In this document: one piece after another, positions 37,601-50,972 of the stretch
Numbering within the stretch: position 1 is the stretch's first letter
How the letters are laid out: each line of letters begins with the position of its first letter
Assembly: GCA_051294375.1 (NCBI GenBank)
Contig: CM119265.1
Coordinates: forward strand, 3,851,025 to 3,915,024
Reading direction: 5' to 3'
DNA from: Paraspadella gotoi
Taxonomy: Eukaryota; Animalia; Chaetognatha
Length of the DNA stretch: 64,000 nt
Position numbers and translations under genes: made by a program
The notes under the pieces: generated by a model
Told to the model about the DNA's origin: nothing
The model's input: only the letters and a program-made list of their open reading frames with translations
The model's database searches: none

Positions 37601-38789
37601 AAAATATTACAAAAGGTTGCCTTTTTTAAAAAGCTTTCTTTTTTCCTAACCAATCAATGGGCTTGGAACATTCTGGCAATATGTGTCGAGGCCGCTAACC
37701 GCTTTGAGTGTTGACGTGAGAGAAAAAGAGAAACAGAAATCGAGATCAGAGATAAATAAAGATTCTGCTTCGAAAGGCCCAGGTCGGGGACTAAGTTTTA
37801 TGCTACGAAAAAAATGAAATAAGTTACCCATTCGACTGACGCCTTCAGATGAAATCCCCAACTTCCGTCGCCGCCCGTTAGAAATCGAGGAGTTTTATAC
37901 CGATCACTGTGGCGTGTCCGAATCGTTCAATTTTCATTCTTACGCCCGATTCGTTTTCTCTCAATATCACTTTGCTGATAAATAAACTCGCATTCGCCGG
38001 CTTGTGAGGTTTGTCCTCTGATGAATCTCCTTTTTCCATTCCCTCACTCCGAGTGCGATGCCGGATGACCTTTCGGTAGGACCTTTCGGTATTTGACCTT
38101 TAAGGTATTGACCTTTTAATCTTGCACAGACGGCGTGTGAAAAGGAAAGACAACCTCCCCCCATTGTCTTGAAGGGGGTTTTCGTCAAAGTGATCAATCG
38201 ATGAGATTCACCCTCTCTTCCGACCGTTACAGTTTACAGATATCGTGTTAACAGTTCAACACTCAACGAGTCCTTCAGATTCGCTCGTTTTTATCCCGTA
38301 ATCGCGATTGCAAAACAAAGCTTTACTCATTCCTTCGTCGCCTCTTCTTTCTCCTTTTTGTCAGTACCAAAAAAAAAAAAAAATCACTTTATTGCAACTA
38401 TTTTTGTTTTTTCACTTATTTTATTTTTCCTAACCTTTGCTTTCCTTTTAGAGCTTTATTTGTACCTTTTTTTTCTTTTCTTTCTCAATTGCAATACATG
38501 CAAATTTTTTATAATATATTATATTTGCGTTATTTACTTTAATTTACGGTTAAATTTGTACTAAAATAACTTGAACTTAAATCAAGATGATGACTCATCT
38601 TTAAAATAATCACTCTTTTATTTTATTTTTATTTTAATTTTTAAATCTGTAACTGTCTCTTTCGTTTAAATCCATAACGATACCGTCAAACTATTTTGAG
38701 AGAGAGAGACGAGAGAGAGAGAGAGAGAGAGAGGAAGAAGAGAAGAGAGAGAGAGAGAGAGGAGAAGTAACGAAACTTTCTATTAATAT

Positions 38790-39320
38790 TAGCGCGATTC
38801 TCTTTTTGTCAATTGGGCCTTGTTTTGGGGTTGGCCCGGGTTTTCCCAATGGCGGTCGCAAGTATCATCGAATCGCATCGTCAGAGGCGTTCGACGTGGG
38901 AGTCGATTGCGGACCACTCGGCGATTCCCTGGAAAATCCTCGTTGCAAATATTGTGGGTGGTATATTCATGCCACCTCAACTCCATTGGCTCAGAGGGGA
39001 ACACACCAATCCCAAGCCGTTGTGTTCCATCCACAGTCCTAACGACTTCCTCTGTGTTCGCCAAATATGACCGTCCAAAATAAGGCGCAGTTTGAACTGG
39101 CTATAAGGGGACAGTTTTCAACTGCGCCCCTCTTTCTGTTCAGAAATTGTCTTTTTTCCCTCTGTTTTGGGGAATCCCTACCACTATTTTTTCAGCGGGG
39201 ATTACTGTTTTGAAGGCCTATGCCTTATCCACGTGCAGGAATCCCGCCGCTATTTTGATGGGGATGACGTTTGAAGCCCTGTCCCCCGCCCGTGATAATT
39301 TCATCATGGGCCAGTCCCTT
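38790..39320 (+). ncRNA. ~530-nt GC-rich, multi-hairpin structured element of unknown class
   Basis: Nested and serial stems: GGGCC/GGCCC, GGGTTTTCC/GGAAAATCC, GGTCGCAA/TTGCGGACC, TCGAA/TTCGA, GGTGGTA/TGCCACC, CAGAGG/CCTCTG, GGAACAC/GTGTTCC, AGTC/GACT, GGCGCAGTT/AACTGCGCC. Confidence 0.45.
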
Positions 39321-40407
39321 GTTATAAATATTTTAACTAAAAAACATACGAAACCTTTAACAATCCTAATTTAAAAATAAATAAATTTAATTTGCATTTA
39401 GTTCATTCCTAAACCTCTATTTTATATTCTCTCTCTCTCTTGGTCTACCTCTCTTTTTATTTTTTCTATTTTCATCTCTCTTCTCTCTCTTCTCGTCTCT
39501 CTTCAATCTATCTTCTTCTCTTCTCTCTCTCTCTCTCTCTTCTTCTTCAATCATGTATCTCTCTCTTTTTCTCACTCTATTTCTTTTTTTTTCTATTTTT
39601 TATCTCTCTCTCACTTTCTCTCTTTGTCTCTCTTTCTACCTCTCCTCTCTTTTTTTTATTTTCATATATCTCTCTCTTCTCTGTCTCTCTTTCTCTCTGT
39701 CTCTCTCTCTATCTTCTCTCTCTTTTATCTCTCTTTGTATCTATCTCTATCTCTTTCTCACTCCTATTTTTTTTTTTTCTATTTTTATCTCTCTCTACTT
39801 TCCTTTCTCTTCTCTTGTCTACCCTTTCTCTCTTTCTTTTTTATATTCATATATATAATATATCTCTCTCTCTCTCTCTGTCTGTCTCTCTTTTTTTTGA
39901 ATGCCAAATGAAATTAATATTTTGAATGAATTGGTAAAACATATCAAAAAAATAACAAAAAGAAAAGTACTTAGCATCTTTGGTGTTTGGAATTGAGAAA
40001 AAGTTTGAATTATAGCAACAACGTTTATTTTGAGACATTTGTTGTTTGTTGTTGTTTTTGATTTTTACTTCAAGTCTTTATTGCACTCTATTCCATGAAC
40101 TTCATAATCCATCTCAATCAACANNNNNNNNNNNNNNNNNNNNNNNNNCTTTCCTACCCACAAACAAAATTTCATTTTAATCCATCCAATCACGAGTCGG
40201 AATCTGCTGATAAGCAGATCCGACTAAAAATGGAAAAGTAGACGACAAAAATAAATGTTGACAAAAAAATGGAAAAAGGGGGAAAAAAAAAAGAAAATCC
40301 TAATTTCGGTTCGACTTGTCCAGATTCGTGCAGGAATTTTGTGGCATCTCGTTAATGGAGCGAGCGGACAAATTTGAACGAAAAAATATCGAATACATAA
40401 ATATTTT

Positions 40408-40475
<68 letters not shown>

Positions 40476-41963
40476 GCCTCTTTAGAGATGTCAATATCTA
40501 TATTAGCGATCGAATATCACAGATGTCGATGCTTATCAAGTTTCCAGGTGGAAGCGAAGAAGATTTTTACAAATTTACTATCGGTTTTTTGATCGCACAT
40601 TATGCGAACCGAATTTCGTTTGATCGCATGTGATTACTTTAATGAGGAACTGAGTACTCGTCTAGAAAAGGGAAATTATCGAATAACAAATGAACATCCG
40701 AGAAAAATGCGGACTCATTATATCAAAACTAGTGAAAAAGATTAAAGGTAAGGCTTTGAACATTGAAGTAATGAAGAGAAGCGTTAAACCGGGATCTTTA
40801 AAGAGATTAGAAGAGTTGGTACAGTTTGGAAAAATAAGGAAAGAAAAGAATATTAGAAACTAGCGAAATGTATGTAATTTATTATAAAAAAGATTTAAAA
40901 AAATAAAAATAAATATGAAATTGTCCAAAAGAAAAAAAATAAGAAAAATAAAATAGAAATAGAAATAAAGAAAGAAAAGAAAGATAAAGAAAAAAGGGGG
41001 AAAAAGAGGCACAGGACGTTTCTTGTTTCCTATCCGTCGGGATTTGTGGGAATCATCACTACGATGAAAGAGTGAATGAAATCGTTTCTCTTGGTGACAC
41101 GGAATCAACGAGATTGTAACATGTTTTTTTATTGTGACCGTTAGGTAATGTTTAGAGTAATTTAATTGTTTAGATGATATTGTTCCATTGCGAATGAGAC
41201 AACGATAATTATGATTATGAATTTTTAAAATAAATGATTTTGAGTTTTGTATTTTCCGCGTCGTAGTGAAGGACGACCTCCGCCCAGATCTCGGGAACCG
41301 AATCGCGATGTCTCGGTTTTCAGGACAAAGATCCGCGATTGGGGGATTGGGCAGGGGGCGGGGCTAAGGGGGGGCAGTGGGCAGCTGGGGTAGAATGGCA
41401 AGGGAAAGTGGGGGGTTAGAAGTGGGCAGAGAGGAAAGTGGGGGAAGGAAAGACAAAAATAGAAGAGAGAGACAAATACAAGAAAAAAAAAAAACCCACA
41501 AAAATAAAAGAGAATAAAAAAGACGAAGAAAAAAGAGAAAAAATCTTTTTCCGTATTTGAGTAAAATTGACGTCAGGTCGCAAATAGAAAATAGGGTAAG
41601 TTTGAGCTTAAGAGTTAAGGAGATGTGAAGCAAAGAATGACAAAAGATAAAAATTAGGTTTCGTTAAAAAAAATTAGGCATTTTACTATTTTAGACGATA
41701 TCAATCAAAATATTTTTTTAAAATTCTTATTGGAAATTGAAATTGTTACAACCAATATTAAAATCAACCATTAATTAAGCTATTTTGCCTATTATGGCCT
41801 TCATCAATTTTACAAAGCAGAACCCTGTAAAACTCTCACACAGTCGAATTTATAAACTGACTTATCAATGACGAGTATGTAATATTTCTATGAGCTGTTT
41901 CACTAGTATTTAACAATTTTCAACCACTTGTTCACAAGAAACCATCTCGTTCTTTTATTTTTA

Positions 41964-42016
<53 letters not shown>

Positions 42017-42138
42017 TCTCCCTCTCCTTCCCAAAAAACTATTCATTCATTCAGGAAATGAAGAAAAGCGGAAAAAGAAGAAATCCTCTGATCTATGAAG
42101 AGGAGAAAGGGAAAAATTAGTGGAAAAATGAGGGAAAA

Positions 42139-42211
<73 letters not shown>

Positions 42212-42386
42212 GAGAGAACAGACGAGAGAGAGAGAGAGAGAGTGAGAGAGAGAGAAAGAGAGAGAGGCGACTTGGGGTTTTTAGCATACGAGAGCGAATC
42301 ATAAAATCGTTTAAGATCTCTTTGGGAGTCATTAAACGATTTACATGAAAATGAAAGAAAACCTTAATGAATTTCGTGGCACTTGC

Positions 42387-42429
<43 letters not shown>

Positions 42430-42677
42430 GAGAGAGAGAGAGAGAGAGAGAGACGCAGCCGGGGCGGGGTGGCGTTGGCGGCGGCCGTTGAAGGTGGTTG
42501 AAGAGTGAGTGGAATGGAGGGGTGTTTTGAGAGGGGGACGATGGTGAGGGTAGGTGGGTTAGAAAGCGTGGTGAGGGTAGGTTGGGTAGAGAAGGTAAGG
42601 AGATGCGGTGGAGAAAAATAAAAAAGAGAAATGAGAGAGAAAAATAGAGTGCATTCCCGAGTTAATAAACGAGTCAA

Positions 42678-42759
<82 letters not shown>

Positions 42760-42906
42760 ATTCTCAAGTTCTCCCTGTGTGTTGTTTTTGTGACAGAACC
42801 GACTTTAAAGGCGTTCGTCTGCTCGTGCGATGAAATGAAGATCGTGTGTTAATTATATTACCATCAATAATAAATCATAAGTAATCATAAAATCAATCAA
42901 TCATCA

Positions 42907-42941
<35 letters not shown>

Positions 42942-42942
42942 T

Positions 42943-42988
<46 letters not shown>

Positions 42989-43249
42989 CAATCTTCCCAA
43001 CCCTTCCTAAGTCCACTCGTCACCTTCGATTGACGATCGATTCGCGTCCGGCGACAGTTTACGGCTTTTTGCTCGTCAACGACGCCGGTGGACGCCGCGA
43101 CGACGCCGGTGGACGCCGCTCGGCTCGCTGCCGGGCGGTGACAGCGACGGCGCCGGGAAACCGCGATGAAGCGGATAAGCAAAACACGGATGTGACCACA
43201 AGTCGGGGATAGACAGACAGACAGACAGACAGACACACAGACAGATAGT

Positions 43250-43329
<80 letters not shown>

Positions 43330-43531
43330 AGATAGATAGATAGTAGATTAGATAGATAGATTAATAATAATAGATGAAATAATGAATGTTTGATATAATA
43401 AGATACAGGAAAAATAGATAGATAGATAATTGTAGAGAGATAATTCCATATATAGAAGATGAATCCAGATTTCTCACCCCTATCTCTCAGACCGCGTGCG
43501 AGGAAAGTTCGTTTCCTCTCTGCAGCACCTC

Positions 43532-43564
<33 letters not shown>

Positions 43565-43659
43565 TCGATCGCGATGGTCAGATTTTCACGACGACGAAAG
43601 GACTTTCGAGTTTTTACGAAATCAGCGTCAATGGATTCGGTCGCTCTTTATTCAGGTGG

Positions 43660-43744
<85 letters not shown>

Positions 43745-44001
43745 AAGAAAGAAAGAAATCTCCATTGAAAAAATATTCTTAACTTAAGAGCGACGTAAAC
43801 TGATATCTTAATCGTCACATAAATTAATTTGAGCGGAAATGAGTAGTTTTGGAAAATAAAGCCCATGTTTTCTCGTCAGGCGAACATGAAGGTCGAGTCT
43901 GCGGAATTCTCCAATTCTCGGATTTGGGGAACAAATCAATTGCTTCGACTGCAGTGAGCGTCATTATCTGGTTTCGTCGCCGTCGTGCAGGTATGAAGAT
44001 G

Positions 44002-44033
<32 letters not shown>

Positions 44034-44409
44034 GATGGTGATGATGATGGTGAAGAATGGGGATCTTTGATTGAGATGGTGATGATGATGATAATTATGA
44101 TGAGATGATGATTTGATGATAATATTGATAATGATGATGATGGATGATGATTATGATGATGATGATTGATGTTAATATTGATGATGATGATGATTGATGA
44201 TGATTGATGATGAAGGGGATGATTGATGGAGATAGAATGAATGATGATTTATGATTGATTATGATGTTGATGATTGATGATAATATGATATGATGATGAT
44301 GGTGATGATTGTGGATGATGATGATGATGATGATGAAGATGATGATGTTGAAGGGAATGAAGATGATGATGATCACGCATTTGATAACTATTATGATTGG
44401 ATGGTAACG

Positions 44410-44716
44410 ACGATGATGATGATGACTTCAGTCTCATTCCAGATGATGATGATGATGATGACTTCAGTCTCATTCCAGATGATGATGATGACTTCAGTCT
44501 CATTCCAAATGATGATGATGATATGACTTTTCAGTCTATTCCAATGATGATGATGATGACTTCAGTCTCAATTCCAGATGATGATGATGACTTCAGTCTC
44601 ATCCAGATGATGATGATGATGATGACTTCAGTCTCATTCCAGATGATGCTGATGGTGATGACTTCAGTCTCATCCAGATGATGATGATGACTCAGCCCAT
44701 TCCAGAATGATGAATG
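44410..44716. repeat. Compound minisatellite (GAT)n-ACTTCAGTCTCATTCCA, about 9 units, after a (GAT)n field from ~43995
   Basis: Directly visible tandem units of variable length. Confidence 0.9.
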
Positions 44717-45392
44717 ANNNNNNNNNNNNNNNNNNNNNNNNNCTCTCTCTCTCTCCCTCTCGACTTATCCTTTCTTTTTTCATTACGAGTTGTACAGAAC
44801 GGTCCATCTGTATAAAGAGAGATCTGGGTGGTAAGATCTTTATTTGTTTTGTTTCACCGCAAATTTTGTTCAATTTTCTGTCGCCTTAATTCAATTATTT
44901 TAAGCCTAAATTGAAACGACATATGAACTTAAAGTTTAAAAAAAATTTATGAAAGACGCTTTATTTACTTGGGACGATTTATAAATGAAAATTGAAAAAC
45001 AAATGGTTTTACCCTAATTTCCGCTGGGCCCTTTTCACTTTTCTTCTTTAATTAATCGTTTTTTTTCGCTTCCTTCTATTTCCAATACAAGTTCATTTCT
45101 TCTCTTCTCTTCTCCTCCCTCCTACTTTCCTTAATATTTCTTTTCTTTTTTTTTCTTTTTTTTCCATTTTCCTCCCTCTCTTCCTTCTTCCCTCCATTTT
45201 TTCCATTTTCCTCCCTCTCTTCCTTCCTCCCTACCCTTTTTTATAATTCCCCCCTTCTTTTACCTCCCTCCCTTTCTTCCTCCCTCCTGTCTCATTCCTC
45301 TTCCCTCATTTTCCCGCCAAATTTTTTGTTTCTCCCTCGAGAGCAGTTGGGTCGTTGAGCTGAAATCAGACCTGACCAAAGGTTTTATTGTT

Positions 45393-45430
<38 letters not shown>

Positions 45431-46305
45431 TCTTTATCGCCTCATCCCTCTCCTCATTTAGAGATTACAAATTGAAAAAGAGGTTCCCCGCTTAGGNNNN
45501 NNNNNNNNNNNNNNNNNNNNNNNNNNNNNNNNNNNNNNNNNNNNNNNNNNNNNNNNNNNNNNNNNNNNNNNNNNNNNNNNNNNNNNNNNNNNNNNNNNNN
45601 NNNNNNNNNNNNNNNNNNNNNNNNNNNNNNNNNNNNNNNNNNNNNNNNNNNNNNNNNNNNNNNNNNNNNNNNNNNNNNNNNNNNNNNNNNNNNNNNNNNN
45701 NNNNNNNNNNNNNNNNNNNNNNNNNNNNNNNNNNNNNNNNNNNNNNNNNNNNNNNNNNNNNNNNNNNNNNNNNNNNNNNNNNNNNNNTCTCTCGCTGCCC
45801 GTGATTTACTACTTTGGCCGTAAAGGAAAAGCGAAGTTGGACGAGGAATGAAATATTGAAGAATCTTCGCTCTGCCCCTCATCACTCTGCCCCTTATTTC
45901 TTTGCCCCTCATCACTGTATCCCTTATCACTCTGCCCCTTATTTCTCTGTCTCTGTTACAATTTAGTTATTAAGACTTATTTTCATTTTTACTCTTCTAG
46001 TCATTTTTCGGTTTCTTAGTTATAATTACGAAGTATTTGGAATCCCATTTTTCATTGTGGAGTTAATATCCAAATAACAGGCTTAAATTCCTTAGAAAAA
46101 GATTAAATTTAGTCGGTAATTTAAACAAACTGACGCTAAACGAAAAATAAACTATTTGGCAAGGAACGTCGAATTTTATTCACCAATAACTCGTTTCTCT
46201 CTCAGATTCGAATCGGGAATCTTTTTTGATCCGAAATCAAATCTTTTATACGCTGCACAGATACATCGTTTTTTTCTCTGCCTCTATTGCGTTTACATAT
46301 AGAAT

Positions 46306-46432
<127 letters not shown>

Positions 46433-49400
46433 TCTTCGAAATTGTAAATATTAACTCACCCCGTTTATCTTGGGTATCAATTTTTTTTCGTCCCCCGTTT
46501 TTCGGGTGAGATCGTGGGAGTGAAAGGGTGAGAGAGAAGAGGAGGAGGAGGAGAAAGAGGAAGAGGAGAAGGAGGAAGAAGAATAGGGGAACTATCGACC
46601 AGACGGTCCAAGAATCTCTCTGACGACAATTTTTGTAAGAATCGCATAATAAAATAAATTTTAAAAATGTTAATCGTTTACAAAACAGTTAATCAATGAC
46701 CATATTGTTATCCTTACATCCTAATAAAATCACCAAATCACTGACAAATGAAATCACCAAACCCCACTGTACCTCTCATCAACGTGAGCGAATGACTTCT
46801 CACATTGGGATCGATAATCACTCCACATTTCCATTTTTCAGAAGATTAGGTTTTCACTGTCCAATCACCGACTAGTCGTTTTCCGACNNNNNNNNNNNNN
46901 NNNNNNNNNNNNNNNNNNNNNNNNNNNNNNNNNNNNNNNNNNNNNNNNNNNNNNNNNNNNNNNNNNNNNNNNNNNNNNNNNNNNNNNNNNNNNNNNNNNN
47001 NNNNNNNNNNNNNNNNNNNNNNNNNNNNNNNNNNNNNNNNNNNNNNNNNNNNNNNNNNNNNNNNNNGAGAGAGAGAGAGAGAGAGAGAGAGAGTGAGAGA
47101 GAGAGAAGAGAGAGAGAGAGAAAGCGTCGTACGCATGCCACACGTGACGTCGCACGACAGAGTCACGTGACCAGGCGTAAATATTGGGCCGAAGAAGAGA
47201 CGAGATAGGAGTGAGACAGAGATAGAGTTAATAAATNNNNNNNNNNGAGCCTATCGATTTTTCGTTTCAAGATAGAAATGCACCTGAGATAAATTTAAAA
47301 TGTTATGAGAAATTACGATGTATTTCTCGATGTATTAGCTCTAATACATCAAAGTTTACGCATTGTTAAGGTGAATAACCTTTCCTCTTAAAGTACAACG
47401 AATTTTACTCCTCTTTAATCTTAAAATCTTAATCTCTTTAATCTTAATTTTATTTATTCAAAAGCGGGTAATTTAAATTATATATGTATAAATAATAAAT
47501 ATATATATATAATATATATACTAAATATACTAAATCTAATGGTTTCTTGTGGCAACGTGAAATCCCTCTCGGCGTATTGCTGCCATGACCCTGAGAACTC
47601 CTTAGTCTTATGTCAGTTAAATTAAAAATGATAAGAATATCAAATCAAAAAAATAAATATAATAATAAATTAATAATAAATCAAATAACGCGATCCTTAC
47701 CTTCGCATTATCAAGCATTTAATGTTTACTTCTTAATCCCTAAATCATCGAATGGCTATCGAATTCTCTCTCTCTCCTTTGAAGCCCGGTCCGAGCATAA
47801 TTGATGCTCTCAAAACTCCCCCGGGTCCTCGGAAGCGGATGAGGAAGGAAGCGAAAATCGAAAGAGGGAACGCGCCTCCATAGAAATCCCGACGCTGGGG
47901 AAATCTTTCGTCGTCGTCGTCGTCGTCGTTCGTAGTCTCAAAAGCGGTGGACGCATTATGGTCCTCGGAACGAGAGAGAGAGAGAGACGAGGAAGACGAG
48001 AGGGCAGACGAGAGAGAGAGGAGAGACGGAGGAGACAGAGAGAGAGAGAGAGGAGAGAGAGAGGAGAGAATGAGAGAGAGAGAGAGCGCCATTTTCGGCA
48101 TATTTCGGATTTTCGTTCAAGAACTTACGGTCAAAGGGTCACACAAGACATCGCGTAGTCGTCGTTGTCATCGTCGTTGTCGTTGTCGTCGGCGTCCGAA
48201 GTCTTTGACCAATTAATCGAAGGCCGCAGGGCCAGATCGACGACGTCGACGACGACGACGACGAAAAGGATTAAAATAGGAAATAAACTTATTTCGGAAA
48301 AAGTGAAAAGTATTATAAAGCATTATGAAACACTATAAAGGGGGGATAGAAAGGACAACGTGGAAAAAAGTTGGTGAGCTTCGACGGGTCAACGGTCAGA
48401 GTACGGGTCAAAGTTGACGAAGTTTTCATGTCATGAGGTCGATGAACTTACATGGAGAAAGGTGCATGGCAATGGCATGGACTGGCATGGACTGGCATGG
48501 TGTTGAGAGGCTGGATGATGGCTGTCGAGAGAAAAGGCCAAATCAGAAGGCTTGCATATGTGCCGAAAGAGTAAAGTACAAGTGGGAACGAGAGAGAGAA
48601 GACGAGAGAGCAGCAGAGAGAGAGAGAAGAGATAGAGAAGAGGAATGAGACGAGAGAGAGAGAGAGAGACGAGGAAGTTTTTAATTGGATTCCACTCGCG
48701 ATGTCGATTGGAGAATCTTGCGGAGATAGAAATTCGATATAAGTCGATGACGACGACGACGACAACGATGACGACGGCGACGACGACGATGAAGATGAAG
48801 ATGACGACAACGATGACGACGGCGACGATGGCGACGTCGACATTGATGAACGATGACGACGATAACATGATGAAGATGACGTCGAGATGACAGCTGTGAT
48901 GACAATGACACGACGACGATGATGATTAGTACGACTTCCGATTGACACAGAAGACGACGTTGATAAAAACGATGAACGCGACGATGACAGCGACGAAAAC
49001 GACGACAATAACTACGACGACGACGACGACGAAAAGGAAAAGAAAAGGACGCCGCGAGTAAAGCGAGAGATTCACCTTGAAGAGAAATAGGAAAGCGACG
49101 CCGGAGATAATTGGGCGCCGACCGGAAGATTCCGGAAGCGCCGGAAAAATGGTAAAGAAGCGTAGGAAGGGAAGAGAAGCGCCGCAGGGGAAGATAAGTG
49201 CTGGAAAAAGAGAAAAGAAGTGCCGGTAAAAAGACGGAGAGAAATGAAGCATCGTACATTATACAATATACAGAGTGTCACTAACGTACTGTCATTTTAC
49301 AAATGAACGCTTTGTCAAATTATTATTATTATTATTATTATCAAAGAATTACCGGAAAGATGAGTTCATACAGTTTTTTTTGTATCTCCATTATCATGTT

Positions 49401-50370
49401 TATTTGTATTTTTATTGACACAATGAAAAGTTCAAATCAGGGGCGATTTTTGCTTTGACAATAGATCAAAAAATTTAGGTAATATTACATTTTTAAAGTT
49501 ATCCCGCTTTTGGTGAAAAAAAAATGTTTATATTAAATTACGGTAGACCACTATGTTTATTGAGCTCATGCCTAAGATTTTTGTAGATTAAGAATAATTG
49601 ATGATAATGATAATGATTTCAGAGTAAAAGAATCAAAGAATGATTGTGAATAAAAGTTGAATTTACCCTCAGGACACTGATAATCGCTAAAAATATAGTA
49701 TGCTATTATTCAGCATATGATGTTAGATGAATATAATACATTTTACTACTGAAAATATTTTCCAGCTGACTGCAGCTTATAAGCATTGCCAATGTAATTG
49801 GCTTTGTCAAACCAGTTGCATATCCGTTACAATTTTTCGATTAAAACCGATGAAATACTCTTAAATCCGGAAGGACAAGCCTCTGACCATCATTATACCG
49901 TGGCGACCTATTATTATGTAACTAACTAGCTGAAAAAAAATTGTTTGGGGTATAATAAAAATATTTCCGACTTTTGAGTGCTAATAACAAGTGATTTAAT
50001 GTGATTTTACAAATAAAAACATATAAAACTGTAAGAAAATCTGGATATAATGAGTACAGTTAATACATTTTTTATAACTACTGATTCACTGTATTCATTT
50101 GTTAAGTGACAATACGCTTGAGACACTCTGTAATAACCAAGAAAGAAGTGCCGGAAAAAAAATGGTGAAATTGGTACAAGAACACAAAGAGAAGTGTCGG
50201 AGAAGAGCACTTTTTTTAAACTACGAGTCCTCAGATTGGATTTTTATTGATTTTTAACGCAATCAACAAAAAAAATTTAAAAAGTTGAGATACAAGGGAA
50301 GTCAGTCCATGAGAAAGACCGAGGAAGATAAACCGATTTTCATGTGAAATTGACGAAAACGAAAGTTTTT

Positions 50371-50430
<60 letters not shown>

Positions 50431-50710
50431 TAATGGTTTTACCATGACTCAAGAGAGAGATTAATAATTTCTTCCTTATTCAAACCAGATTCGGCCTGAC
50501 TGAGCTGGTTCTCCGGTCGAACTCTTTTCATTATTAATTGGAATAATTGATTTGACATTCTGAGAACATTCTCATTTTTATTTTAAATATTGTTTTTTCT
50601 TTACTAAATTCTCACTTATTAACTATCTCTACAAATTGTGAAAATTTAAATGAATAAAAAGGACAGAACGACAGGGAAGATAAACGAGTGATAAGTTTAT
50701 GAAAGTTGTG

Positions 50711-50885
50711 AAATTGGTACAACCAACATAAAACCTATTAAAATCATTAATTAAATGAGCTATATGGCCCGTGACTTTGGACGGGCTATGGTGGTTCAAG
50801 ACCTCCACCGCTTTATCAAGATAATAGAGTAGATTAAGAGAATTGATTAAATGAATGGATAATTTTATATTGGTTGTACCAATTT
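50711..50885. mobile_element. MITE with 23-bp terminal inverted repeats
   Basis: AAATTGGTACAACCAACATAAAA ... TTTTATATTGGTTGTACCAATTT with 1 mismatch. Diverged relatives at ~5680-5900, ~12780-12930, ~23308-23515 and ~41745-41930. Confidence 0.75.
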
Positions 50886-50972
50886 TATAGCAGGTTCCTG
50901 TAAGCTTTCAATGCGTAAACAAATAATTATTCTATATTTAAATTTCTTCATTCCTTTCATCCCATTCGACAG

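Noticed and set aside
42988-43236. GC-rich ORFs containing a 21-bp duplication between microsatellites
   Set aside because: No splice signals or protein motif were found.
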